DNA from: an uncultured Gammaproteobacteria bacterium
Lineage (GTDB): Bacteria > Pseudomonadota > Gammaproteobacteria > Poriferisulfidales > GCA-002705445
Length of the DNA stretch: 64,000 nucleotides
Direction: 5' to 3'
Assembly: GCA_913065025.1 (NCBI GenBank)
Contig: CAJYAP010000003.1
Span: 5,876-69,875, forward strand
This document shows positions 40,365 to 49,915 of the stretch, piece after piece (within the stretch, counting starts at the first letter, position 1; each line of letters begins with the position of its first letter). The notes under the pieces were generated by a model. It was given only the letters and a program-made list of their open reading frames with translations. It was not told where the DNA came from and made no database searches. Made by a program: the position numbers and the translations under genes.

Positions 40365-41618
40365 ATGATAGAAAAATTTATTTATAAATTTACACTACTA
40401 CTAATTTTTCCAATAGTTTTTATTTACACAATTTATCAATGTATTTTTGTAGATAAAAAATATTTTCTAAATAGATTTGGTATTATATTAAATTTAAGAA
40501 ATAAAAATAATTTATGCATACACTGCGCTTCATTAGGTGAAATTAATGGAGCCAAAGAATTGATTAAAGAGATAGCAAAAGATAATAGTATTTTGATATC
40601 CACAAATACATACTCTGGAATGAGGCGCGCAAAAGAATTATTCCCAGAACTTGATGTTGTATATTTCCCTTTAGATTATAAATTCTGTATTTTCAGTTGG
40701 TTAAAATTTTCAAAAGTAAAAAATATTATTATATATGAGACCGAAATATGGCCAAATTTTTATAGAATATTTGCCAGTAAAGAAAGAAAACTAGTCCTTA
40801 TAAATGCAAGAATTAATAAAGATTTGCATCAGAATAGAATTGCTAAAAGAATTTATTCTCAAGCTCTAGTAAATTGTGATTTAATAATTTGTAAATCTGA
40901 GTATGAGAAAAAAAAGTTTTTAAGTTTTGATATTAATGAGGAAATTTTATTAGTAACTAGCAACCTTAAGTACTCATATAAGCCAAATAATGATAGTGAT
41001 AGAAATCCTTTAGGCATTAAAAAATACTTTTTAATGGCCTCAACACATTCACCTGACGAGCAATATTTTAGAAAAGCAATTTCAGAACTAGCAAATAAAG
41101 ACGTAACTACTGTAATTGCACCGAGACACGTAAAAAAATCAATGAAAATATATAAATATTTTCAGAAGCAGGGTACAACTCCACATTTATATACCAACCT
41201 GATTAAAAATAGAAACATAAGTATTAAGAGTGGCAGTATTATAATAATTAATAAATATGGTATTTTGTCTAAATTTTATAATGAAGCAAAATTTGTTTAT
41301 GTTGGCGGAGGATTTTCTAAGAGGGGAATTCAAAATATTATTGAACCATCATCCCACGGGAATATACTTTTAGTTGGCCCCAATATTGATAATTTTTATG
41401 AAGAGATTGAAAGCTTAGTTAAAATAGAATGTGCAACAATTATTCCACGAACCCAATATGCGGAGAGAGACTGTAATTTTCATATAGAACGTTATAATAG
41501 TATAGATGATGAAACACTAAAAAAAATGGGCAAAGTAGGTAAAGAATATAACTTAAGGTTTAAAAATGTTTTAGAGAAATATATAGAAATTCTAAGAAGT
41601 AAAAAAATTATTAACTAA
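40365..41618 (+). CDS. waaA: 3-deoxy-D-manno-octulosonic acid (Kdo) transferase
   Basis: 417 aa with an N-terminal TM anchor, HCASLGEINGAKELI and a GGGF ... QNIIEP C-terminal domain. Confidence 0.88.
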   Translation: MIEKFIYKFTLLLIFPIVFIYTIYQCIFVDKKYFLNRFGIILNLRNKNNLCIHCASLGEINGAKELIKEIAKDNSILISTNTYSGMRRAKELFPELDVVYFPLDYKFCIFSWLKFSKVKNIIIYETEIWPNFYRIFASKERKLVLINARINKDLHQNRIAKRIYSQALVNCDLIICKSEYEKKKFLSFDINEEILLVTSNLKYSYKPNNDSDRNPLGIKKYFLMASTHSPDEQYFRKAISELANKDVTTVIAPRHVKKSMKIYKYFQKQGTTPHLYTNLIKNRNISIKSGSIIIINKYGILSKFYNEAKFVYVGGGFSKRGIQNIIEPSSHGNILLVGPNIDNFYEEIESLVKIECATIIPRTQYAERDCNFHIERYNSIDDETLKKMGKVGKEYNLRFKNVLEKYIEILRSKKIIN

Positions 41619-42294
41619 AACTCTTTATTATTCTTTTCATTTCATTATTATAGTTCTCTAGTTTTAACAATGATCTTTCTAATCTCATAATACTTTTATT
41701 AAATAATTTTTTTTCATAAAAAAAATATGACTTATCAAAGTCTATTAAGTGGAAATTATTTTTATTATCTATAAGAATATTTTTCGCGTTTAAATCTGCA
41801 TGATAAACATTATGTTTATAAAAATCTTCTAATGTCTTTTTTAAGATAGACCACAATTCGTAATTCATTTTATTATTTATAACAAAATCATTAAGAGTTC
41901 CGACATTTTGAATTTTACAAGTTATCAAACTGGCAGTATATGTAAATTTTTTTTTAATTACTTCAAGTGCTGCAGGCTTTGGAACCGGAAGATCTTTGGA
42001 AAATAAACTATTTAAGAAATTGTATTCTTTAACTGATCTTGTTGAAGCAAGAGAATCAAAAATATAATTATCATAAGAAATTTTTGAAGCAAATCCACCA
42101 CGAATATAATGTTTTAGAATGTATACCTTATTATCATATTCTATTTCATAAGCTTTGCCTCTTCCATTAATTTCAGATTTGATTAGTCCTTCTTTAGTTA
42201 TATAATCAATATTAAATAATTTATCAGTGAAGTTATTAAAGATCTTAGAGTTATATTGTATATATATATTCTTATTTTTTATAATTTCATCCAT
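41611..42294 (-). CDS. kdkA: Kdo kinase
   Basis: 227 aa with the kinase-like catalytic loop VYHADLNAKNILI and DFDKS. It lies within the LPS core cluster. Confidence 0.8.
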   Translation of the reverse strand: MDEIIKNKNIYIQYNSKIFNNFTDKLFNIDYITKEGLIKSEINGRGKAYEIEYDNKVYILKHYIRGGFASKISYDNYIFDSLASTRSVKEYNFLNSLFSKDLPVPKPAALEVIKKKFTYTASLITCKIQNVGTLNDFVINNKMNYELWSILKKTLEDFYKHNVYHADLNAKNILIDNKNNFHLIDFDKSYFFYEKKLFNKSIMRLERSLLKLENYNNEMKRIIKSFS

Positions 42295-42304
42295 TACTCA
42301 TTAT

Positions 42305-43369
42305 ATGCAAAATAATAAAAAAAATGTAGGTAATATATGTATTTTACGTACTTCCTCGTTGGGTGATATATGTCATATGATGCCTTTTATTTATACTCTT
42401 AGAAATGAATATCCAAAAGCAAAAATTACTTGGATAATTGGAAAAAATGAAGCTGATTTTTTAGGTAAAATAGATGGTATTGATTTTATAATATTTGATA
42501 AAAGTAAAACTTTTAAATCCTATATTGCAATTATAAAAAAATTAAAAGACATAAAATATGATGTATTATTTATTATGCAGGTTTCTCTAAGAGCTAACAT
42601 TGTAAGTTTATTTGTAAATTCGGATGTTAAATTAGGTTATGACTTAAAAAGATCTAGTGACTTGCATAGTTTTTTTTCTAATAGGAAAATAAATAGTTCC
42701 CCACATATGCATGTTGTAGATGTATTTTTAAGTTTTCTTCATTTTTTAAATATTAAGACAAGTGATTTCTTGTATAAATGGGATATTAAAGAAAGATTTT
42801 CTAAAGAACATTTATTCAAAAATTTTGTTGGTTTACAAAAAAAATACTTTGTATTAAGTCCATGCTCAAGAAGCAATAATCGCAATTGGCTAATTGAAAG
42901 GTATGCGACAGTTGCTGACTATATAACTGTTAATTATGGATTACAGTGTGTTTTATCATCTTCACCAAGCGTCAAAGAAAAAGAATTTATAGAAGAAGTT
43001 ATTAACCATATGAATACAGCACCTTTAAATCTTTCAGGTAAAACAAATTTACATGAATTTCTAACCTTAGTTAAGAATTCTGAATTATTGATTAGTCCAG
43101 ATAGTGGACCAATACACATAGCAACATGTGTTGGTAAACCCGTAATTGGATTATATGGTGTTACAAATAGTGTAAGAGCAGGCCCATACAACAGTAAAGA
43201 TCTGTGTGTTGATAAATATAATGAAGCTTTATTAAAATATAAAGGGATAAATCCACATGAGGCAAAATGGAGATTTAAGAATAATAATAGTAATGTTATG
43301 AGTTTGATTAGTGTAGAAGAAGTAATTAAAAAAATAGATAAGTATTTTACAAAAAGGAGCATAGATTGA
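42305..43369 (+). CDS. waaC: ADP-heptose:LPS heptosyltransferase I (GT9)
   Basis: ICILRTSSLGDICHMMP N-terminal motif and DSGPIHIA. The start is chosen at ATG 42305; the track ORF from 42227 would overlap kdkA. Confidence 0.8.
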   Translation: MQNNKKNVGNICILRTSSLGDICHMMPFIYTLRNEYPKAKITWIIGKNEADFLGKIDGIDFIIFDKSKTFKSYIAIIKKLKDIKYDVLFIMQVSLRANIVSLFVNSDVKLGYDLKRSSDLHSFFSNRKINSSPHMHVVDVFLSFLHFLNIKTSDFLYKWDIKERFSKEHLFKNFVGLQKKYFVLSPCSRSNNRNWLIERYATVADYITVNYGLQCVLSSSPSVKEKEFIEEVINHMNTAPLNLSGKTNLHEFLTLVKNSELLISPDSGPIHIATCVGKPVIGLYGVTNSVRAGPYNSKDLCVDKYNEALLKYKGINPHEAKWRFKNNNSNVMSLISVEEVIKKIDKYFTKRSID

Positions 43370-44286
43370 TAATCGTTACAGGAGCTGCAGGATTTATTGG
43401 TTTTAATATCGCAAAGAGATTAAATTTGATGGGCATAAAAGATTTAATATTATTTGACGATAAAGAAAAATTTAGTAATCCAAAAAAATTCTCAGATCTA
43501 AATTATATAGATTATAGGCATTACACAGACCTAAATAACCTTAAGAATATTCAATGTATATTTCATGAAGGTGCATGCTCAGATACCATGGAATATAATA
43601 AAGATTATATGATGGGTATAAACTATGAATATTCAAAAGAAATTTTCTCAATAGCAAAATCAAATAAAGCAAAATTTATATATGCTTCTAGTGCATCAGT
43701 TTATGGTTTAAATGAAAATTCCCAGGAAATAGAAAAAAATGAATCGCCATTAAATATTTATGCAGAGTCAAAATTATTATTCGACAAATTTATAATTAAT
43801 CAAGACTATCCTGCAGTTGGACTAAGATATTTTAATGTTTATGGGCGAGGTGAAGAAAATAAAGGAAAAATGGCATCTATGGCTTACAAGATGAATCAAG
43901 AGTATCTGGAATCAAAAAAAATATCTTTGTTTAAAGGTACTGGAGGATATATGGACGGAGAGCAGAAAAGAGACTTTATTTATATTGATGATGTGGTATC
44001 AATAAATATGTTTTTTATGAATGAATCTTTTCATGATGTATATAATGTTGGTACAGGAAAAGCAGAATCTTTTAATGAAATAGCAAAAAATATTTTCAAA
44101 TATTATAAAGATGAAGATCTTAATTTTAATTACATTGAAATGCCTGAATACTTAGTACCAAAATATCAAAATTTTACACAAGCAAATATTTTGAAATTAA
44201 GAGAGGCTGGGTACAGTTACGATTTTTTTAGTTTAGAAGAGGGTATTAAAAATTATTTAAATGATTTGAATACATCATCAGAGTGA
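43366..44286 (+). CDS. hldD: ADP-L-glycero-D-manno-heptose-6-epimerase
   Basis: 306 aa beginning IIVTGAAGFIGFN (Rossmann fold), with YAESK catalytic residues. The TTG start overlaps the waaC stop. Confidence 0.9.
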   Translation: MIIVTGAAGFIGFNIAKRLNLMGIKDLILFDDKEKFSNPKKFSDLNYIDYRHYTDLNNLKNIQCIFHEGACSDTMEYNKDYMMGINYEYSKEIFSIAKSNKAKFIYASSASVYGLNENSQEIEKNESPLNIYAESKLLFDKFIINQDYPAVGLRYFNVYGRGEENKGKMASMAYKMNQEYLESKKISLFKGTGGYMDGEQKRDFIYIDDVVSINMFFMNESFHDVYNVGTGKAESFNEIAKNIFKYYKDEDLNFNYIEMPEYLVPKYQNFTQANILKLREAGYSYDFFSLEEGIKNYLNDLNTSSE

Positions 44287-45245
44287 ATATCAACCAAGCA
44301 ATTATAGTGACCATACTTACATTTTTTCTCAAAGCATGGGCTGCATGACATTCCTTTATAGTGAATATCTTTATTTTTAGTAAGAGGGGGAGTAAAATCA
44401 GGTGATGTAGATCCATATATAGATATCGATTTAGTATTCGTTGCTGCGGCAAGATGCATTAAACCTGAATCATTAGAAACACAGAATTTAGAAATATGCA
44501 TCAAATCTACCGCGTCTGCAATAGAAGTTTTGCCACATAAATTGACCATATTTTTATTGGTAACAATATCATTACCGATAGACTTTTCATTATTACTTCC
44601 CAATATTAGAATTTTAAAATCATTATTTAGTTTTTTACCAAGTTCTCTGAATTTATTAACTGGCCACATCTTGGACGGCCCAAAAGCTGCGCCAGGAGCA
44701 AATATAATAACTTTTTTATCTTTTTTTAAATCATATTTTTCAGATAAATTTTTAATATTTTCAGAATTTGAATCTAGAGACGGGTAATAATTTTCACTCA
44801 ACTCTTCATTGTTGTCAGAATACATTGAAATATATCTACTAGCAGTTTTTCTTCTACTTTCTTTAGAGAATTCTTTTAAATCATTAATTAACAGATATCT
44901 TAATTCCCCTAATTCTCCTGTTCTAATAGGTATCTTTGCAAAATATGGTATTAAGGATGACTTTAGTGATCTAGATAAAACAATGCTTCGATCATAAGAA
45001 GATTTTTTAATTTCTTTTGCCAACCGTAATCTTTTGAATAAACCAAGTTCTCTATGATTACAGTCTAAAATAATTACTTTATTGATTTCTGGCATTCTTT
45101 CTACGAGATTTTTTAATGAAGAATTAACTAATATATCTATTGAAGTTTTTGGATTATTTGATTTTATTTTTTTCAATAGTGTTTGTGACATTACAATATC
45201 GCCAAGCCAATTTTGTGGGATAATGAGTAATTTTTGTGTAGGCAT
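44253..45245 (-). CDS. waaF: ADP-heptose:LPS heptosyltransferase II (GT9)
   Basis: 330 aa with LLIIPQNWLGDIVMSQ and NDSGLMHLAAA motifs. Confidence 0.85.
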   Translation of the reverse strand: MPTQKLLIIPQNWLGDIVMSQTLLKKIKSNNPKTSIDILVNSSLKNLVERMPEINKVIILDCNHRELGLFKRLRLAKEIKKSSYDRSIVLSRSLKSSLIPYFAKIPIRTGELGELRYLLINDLKEFSKESRRKTASRYISMYSDNNEELSENYYPSLDSNSENIKNLSEKYDLKKDKKVIIFAPGAAFGPSKMWPVNKFRELGKKLNNDFKILILGSNNEKSIGNDIVTNKNMVNLCGKTSIADAVDLMHISKFCVSNDSGLMHLAAATNTKSISIYGSTSPDFTPPLTKNKDIHYKGMSCSPCFEKKCKYGHYNCLVDIHSDDVFKSFK

Positions 45246-45250
45246 AAAAT

Positions 45251-46750
45251 TTAATCAGATGATTTAATTATTTTATTAATAATATTTGATGAAGAACACC
45301 CTTTTACAAAAGGAATAATTTTTACCTCTCCTTTATTCTTTTTTATAAAATCACTTCCAACAATTTCATTTGCTTTGTAATCTCCGCCTTTTATCAAAAT
45401 ATTTGGTTTGATTAATTTTATTAGTTTGAGTGGAGTTTGTTCACTAAATTTTATTATAAATGCATCATCAAAAGTTGCGCGCCTAATCATTTCCATTCTA
45501 TCTTTTAAAGTATTAATGGGCCTATGTTCACCTTTGAGATTTTTTACTGATAAATCGTCATTTACTCCAATAAATAAAAAATCAGCTGATTTTCTTGCTT
45601 CATCTAAATATGTAGTGTGTCCTCGATGTAGTATATCAAAACAGCCATTCGTAAATCCAATAGTCATACCTAAGCTTTTTATTAGTTTAATGATTTTTTT
45701 TAAATCTTCTTCATTCTTTATAATTCTTTTACATTCATCTAGCTCATCCAGGTTTTGAAAGAATTCTTCTTCCGAATCTTTTTGTAATGAAGACTCTTTA
45801 TAAACTATGTCTGTTAACTCGTCTCCACTAATAGACTGAGCTCCTAATTTTTTAATAACTTCTCCAGCTGCTATATTTGCAACCATAGAAGCAAAATACA
45901 TATCATCATCTTCACTGGAAAGATATGTAGCGCAAAGAACTGCAATTACTGTATCTCCTGCACCTGTAACATCGAATACTTCTTTTTCAGCTGTTGCCTT
46001 AATATGCAAAGATTTATGATTTTTTCTTACAAGAATCATCCCCTCTGAGCCTAAAGTTACTAATATTGAATTTATATTTAATTTTCTTGATAAAGATTTT
46101 GCATTAGAAATTATTTCATTATGATCTTTGCAACCTCCAACAATATTTTCAAATTCTTTTAAATTAGGAGTTATCGCAAAAGCATTCTTATAACAGTTGA
46201 AGTCATCACCTTTTGGATCAATAAAAACAGGCTTTTTAAATTTATTTGAAATTTTGATTAAAGTTGTAATATCTTTCAGAGATCCTTTGCCGTAATCTGA
46301 GAAAATTACTGCATCTGAATTTTTAATTAATTTTTCAACATCTTTGGTAGGAATATTTTTCTTTTCTAATCGATTACCCGATTCATCATCAATTCTCATA
46401 AGTTGTTGATTTTGACTTATAAGTCTTGTTTTTGTGGTAGTTTTAAAGTCTCTATCCGAGACTGAAGTTAAATTTATTCTTAAAGATTTTATTAATTTTC
46501 TTAAAATTTTTCCATTATCATCAATACCAATATTTGCGACAAGATTAGTATCAAGACCAAGTGATTTGACATTGACAGCTACATTTGCTGCACCACCCGG
46601 TTTTAAAATTTCTTTTTCAATTTTTAAAACAGGTACTGGCGCCTCTGGTGATATACGATTTGTAACCCCGAATGAATATTTATCAAGTATTGCATCACCA
46701 ATTACTAAAATTTTTGATTTTTTAAATAGACCCATTTTTTTTATATCCAT
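45251..46750 (-). CDS. hldE: bifunctional D-beta-D-heptose 7-phosphate kinase / D-beta-D-heptose 1-phosphate adenylyltransferase
   Basis: 499 aa with an N-terminal ribokinase-like domain (DVTGAGDT) and a C-terminal cytidylyltransferase domain (GFTNGCFDILHRGH). Confidence 0.93.
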   Translation of the reverse strand: MDIKKMGLFKKSKILVIGDAILDKYSFGVTNRISPEAPVPVLKIEKEILKPGGAANVAVNVKSLGLDTNLVANIGIDDNGKILRKLIKSLRINLTSVSDRDFKTTTKTRLISQNQQLMRIDDESGNRLEKKNIPTKDVEKLIKNSDAVIFSDYGKGSLKDITTLIKISNKFKKPVFIDPKGDDFNCYKNAFAITPNLKEFENIVGGCKDHNEIISNAKSLSRKLNINSILVTLGSEGMILVRKNHKSLHIKATAEKEVFDVTGAGDTVIAVLCATYLSSEDDDMYFASMVANIAAGEVIKKLGAQSISGDELTDIVYKESSLQKDSEEEFFQNLDELDECKRIIKNEEDLKKIIKLIKSLGMTIGFTNGCFDILHRGHTTYLDEARKSADFLFIGVNDDLSVKNLKGEHRPINTLKDRMEMIRRATFDDAFIIKFSEQTPLKLIKLIKPNILIKGGDYKANEIVGSDFIKKNKGEVKIIPFVKGCSSSNIINKIIKSSD

Positions 46751-47531
46751 TATTTATGTATGTTTTATTTTTGCTAATGGCTTCTTTCAATAGTTTATCA
46801 TTCTTAGAAAAGTTTTCTCTACTATTAATTTCGTGTTTTAAATGAAATAAGCCTGTTGAGAATATAGCCTCTTTCCTAAATATATTACTATTAATTAACC
46901 TAACAACTAAATCTGAATCTTCTCTTCCCCATCCAACATAAGATTCATCAAACCCATTTATATGTAAGAAATCTTTTTTCCAAACTCCTAAATTACAGGT
47001 TTTAGCACCTTTCCATTTTTTTAGTTTAGTTTTTCTTAAAGGGTAATTATTTATTCTTAAGAGTGGTAAAATTCTATTTAAATCTTTTTTTATTCTTAAT
47101 TTAATAAATTTCCTTACATTTATTAAGTTTATGTTTTCATCGCTATTAATAATTCTACTTGAAAAAGAATTAGAGAGCATTACTCTGTTACCTCTTGCAA
47201 AAAAACCATTTTCTGAGATTTCTCTATGTTTTTTTATAAAATCATTAAAAGCCATACAGTCGCCATCAATGAAAATTAGATATTCGCCAGATGACATTTT
47301 AACTGCTTCATTCCTTATTTTCGCGGCACGAAATCCAGAGTCCTCATGCCAGGCATGACTAATTTTTAGTTTGCTATTATATTTATTAATTAATTCTTTT
47401 GTATCTGAAGTTGAGCCATCATCTGCGATAACTATTTCAAAATTTTTATCTTTCTGAGTAAGGAATGATTCTAAGGATTTATTAAGAAATTCAGGACTAT
47501 TGTACGTTGTGATAATTACTGAAATTAACAT
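46722..47531 (-). CDS. family 2 glycosyltransferase (LPS core)
   Basis: 269 aa with ISVIITTYNSPEFL, VIADDGS and FIDGDC (DxD). Confidence 0.85.
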   Translation of the reverse strand: MLISVIITTYNSPEFLNKSLESFLTQKDKNFEIVIADDGSTSDTKELINKYNSKLKISHAWHEDSGFRAAKIRNEAVKMSSGEYLIFIDGDCMAFNDFIKKHREISENGFFARGNRVMLSNSFSSRIINSDENINLINVRKFIKLRIKKDLNRILPLLRINNYPLRKTKLKKWKGAKTCNLGVWKKDFLHINGFDESYVGWGREDSDLVVRLINSNIFRKEAIFSTGLFHLKHEINSRENFSKNDKLLKEAISKNKTYINNGYKKNGSI

Positions 47532-47556
47532 TATTTGTTATCCAAATATTTAGTTA

Positions 47557-47757
47557 TTAAATCTCATCATTTCCATTTAATTTATATACTGTAGAGCAAT
47601 AAGGGCACTTAATAGTGTTGCCACTTTCTTTTTCAATCGGCAAAAAAATTTTTGGATGAGAAAGTTTTAAGTAATCCTCTCTAGGGCAACTTAACGGCAG
47701 GTCATTAGTATTGATTAATATTGTATTTAAAGCTTTCTTAGTTTTTTTTTCAGACAT
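47557..47757 (-). CDS. zinc-finger (CHCC-type) small protein
   Basis: 66 aa with LSCPRED ... HP ... CPYCSTVY spacing, typical of the zf-CHCC family. Confidence 0.65.
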   Translation of the reverse strand: MSEKKTKKALNTILINTNDLPLSCPREDYLKLSHPKIFLPIEKESGNTIKCPYCSTVYKLNGNDEI

Positions 47758-47760
47758 GCT

Positions 47761-48684
47761 TTATTTTATAATTGTTAGCCAGTTTTTGTATTTTTCAGAT
47801 TTTCCATTAACAATATCAAAGAATTTTTTTTGTAATTTCTCGGTTATGGGACCTCTTGAGCCATTTCCTATAGATCTTTCGTCTAATTCTCTAATAGGTG
47901 TTACTTCTGCAGCTGTACCAGTAAAAAAAGCTTCATCCGAAATATAAATTTCGTCTCTAGTGATATTTTTAACTTTAATCTCAATTCCTTCATCTTCGGC
48001 TATTTTCATTACAGTTCTTCTTGTTATTCCGTCCAAAGCTGAATTTACCTCAGGAGTATAAATAGTTTTGTCGTTTACGATAAAAATATTTTCACCACTA
48101 CCTTCAGCAACATAACCATTGACATCAAGCAAAAGTGCTTCATCGTATCCACAATTTAGAGCTTCCTGAAGTGCAAGCATGGAGTTGATATAGTTTCCAT
48201 TAGCTTTTGCTTTACACATTGTTGCATTTACATGATGCCTTGTATAAGACGATGTTTTAATTCTAATGCCATTCTTTAGGTTATCGTCGCTAAAATAAGA
48301 TCCCCATTCCCATGCAGCGACCATTAAATGTTCTTTCAAATTATCGGCTCTTAAGCCCATACCTTCTGAACCATAAAAAACCATAGGTCTAATATAACCA
48401 GATTTTAAGTTATTTTTTTCAACTACCAATTTTTGAGCTTCTTCTATTTCTTTTTGCGAAAAAGGAATTTTCATACCTAATATTTTTGCCGAGTTTATCA
48501 ACCTTTTTGTATGATCTTCTAGTCTAAATATTCCAGCTCCTTTATCTGTTTTGTAAGCTCTTACGCCTTCGAATGCACCCATACCATAATGAAGGGTATG
48601 CGTTAATACGTGGACTTTAGCCTCTCTCCAAGGAACTAATTCACCATCCAACCATATAAAACCATCTCTATCAGACATCGACAT
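47761..48684 (-). CDS. ilvE: branched-chain-amino-acid aminotransferase
   Basis: About 307 aa with DGFIWLDGELVPWREAKVHVLTHTLHYGMGAFEGVRAY and EGSGENIF. The start is chosen at MSMSDRDG (48684). Confidence 0.93.
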   Translation of the reverse strand: MSMSDRDGFIWLDGELVPWREAKVHVLTHTLHYGMGAFEGVRAYKTDKGAGIFRLEDHTKRLINSAKILGMKIPFSQKEIEEAQKLVVEKNNLKSGYIRPMVFYGSEGMGLRADNLKEHLMVAAWEWGSYFSDDNLKNGIRIKTSSYTRHHVNATMCKAKANGNYINSMLALQEALNCGYDEALLLDVNGYVAEGSGENIFIVNDKTIYTPEVNSALDGITRRTVMKIAEDEGIEIKVKNITRDEIYISDEAFFTGTAAEVTPIRELDERSIGNGSRGPITEKLQKKFFDIVNGKSEKYKNWLTIIK

Positions 48685-48712
48685 AATAATGCTCCAATTT
48701 GTCATATTAGAT

Positions 48713-48743
48713 TCATTTGCATATGCAAATGAGAAATATTATC
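48713..48743. promoter_or_regulatory. perfect 20-bp palindrome overlapping a Fur-box-like site in the ilvE/fbpA divergent region
   Basis: TCATTTGCATATGCAAATGA lies at 48713-48732. The overlapping sequence GCAAATGAGAAATATTATC (48725-43) matches 13 of 19 positions of the Fur consensus GATAATGATAATCATTATC. It is about 50 nt upstream of the iron-transporter gene. Confidence 0.5.
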
Positions 48744-48790
48744 ATCTATTACTTATTAAACCTAAATTATATACATTAAGGAAAATATAT

Positions 48791-49855
48791 ATGCAAAATA
48801 CACTTTTTTTTATTAATTATAAAGCTTTGCAATCAATATTAATATTAATATTTATGTTTGCACCTGTGAACAGTTATAGCCACTCTGCGAAAAATCATGT
48901 GGAAGAAGAAATTAATGTTTACTCAGGCAGGAAAGGAAAATTAATAGAACCAATGTTAGAAAAATTTGAAAATAAAACTGGCATCAAGGTAAACCTAATT
49001 ACTGCTAAATCAGACGCATTAATAAAACGCATGGAATCTGAAGGAGAAAGTTCACCAGCAGATTTATTTATTACAGTAGACGTTGGTAGATTAGATCGTG
49101 CAAAAAAAATGGGTTTACTTCAAAAAATAAATAGTTTTTCTATAATAAATAAATTACCACAAAATTATATAGATAAAGATAGAGAATGGATTGGTATATC
49201 AAAAAGAATTAGAACCGTAGTTATTTCAAAAAAAATGAAAGATAAAAATGACTTAAAAAACTTTGAAGACCTAGCAAATAATCAATGGACAGGAAGAATC
49301 TGTGTTCGTTCCTCGAATAATATTTACAATCAGTCGCTAGTAGCTTCCATGATAGCAAATCATGGGGAACAAAAAACAGAGAGCACTATTAAAGAAATAG
49401 TTAAAAATTTTGCAAGAAAACCTTCGGGAAACGATAGAGCTCAGATAACTGCAATTTCTAAGGGTGAATGCGATATTGCAATAGTTAATCATTATTATTA
49501 TTTGCTAATGTTAAATTCTAAAGATGAAGAAAAAAGGAAAGCAGCAAATCAAACAGAGGTTATATTTTTAAATCAAGATAACCGAGGAGCACATGTAAAT
49601 ATCAGTGGTCTTGGTATTCCAAAACACGCTAAAAATTACGAGAATGCAATACAGCTAATTTCATTTATGTTAGAAATCGAAGCGCAAGAATGGTATGCAA
49701 AAACAAATAATGAGTTTCCTGTAGTAAATGGCGCTAAAGTTAGTAAGTTACTAAGTGAATGGGGAAGTATCAAGCTAGACGAATCCACATTAAAAAAATT
49801 AGGCGATTTAAATCCTAATGCTGTAAAATTGATGGATAGAGTAGGTTGGCAGTAG
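48791..49855 (+). CDS. fbpA: Fe(3+) ABC transporter periplasmic substrate-binding protein
   Basis: About 354 aa from MQNTLFF, with a signal peptide and an EEINVYSGRKGKLIEP start typical of FbpA/AfuA-type binding proteins. Confidence 0.85.
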   Translation: MQNTLFFINYKALQSILILIFMFAPVNSYSHSAKNHVEEEINVYSGRKGKLIEPMLEKFENKTGIKVNLITAKSDALIKRMESEGESSPADLFITVDVGRLDRAKKMGLLQKINSFSIINKLPQNYIDKDREWIGISKRIRTVVISKKMKDKNDLKNFEDLANNQWTGRICVRSSNNIYNQSLVASMIANHGEQKTESTIKEIVKNFARKPSGNDRAQITAISKGECDIAIVNHYYYLLMLNSKDEEKRKAANQTEVIFLNQDNRGAHVNISGLGIPKHAKNYENAIQLISFMLEIEAQEWYAKTNNEFPVVNGAKVSKLLSEWGSIKLDESTLKKLGDLNPNAVKLMDRVGWQ

Positions 49856-49915
49856 AATAGGGGATTTTCAATTTTAAACTTAGAGAGATTAGCATTAATT
49901 ATTGCATTAATATTT

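Noticed and set aside
42934-43362. 142-aa ORF antisense to waaC. The same applies to 45408-45758 and 46434-46793 (antisense to hldE), 1013-1363 (antisense to tkt) and 35269-35577 (antisense to rnr).
   Set aside because: These are shadow ORFs nested in well-supported genes. They have biased composition (Leu/Phe/Ser/Ile rich) and no start context.
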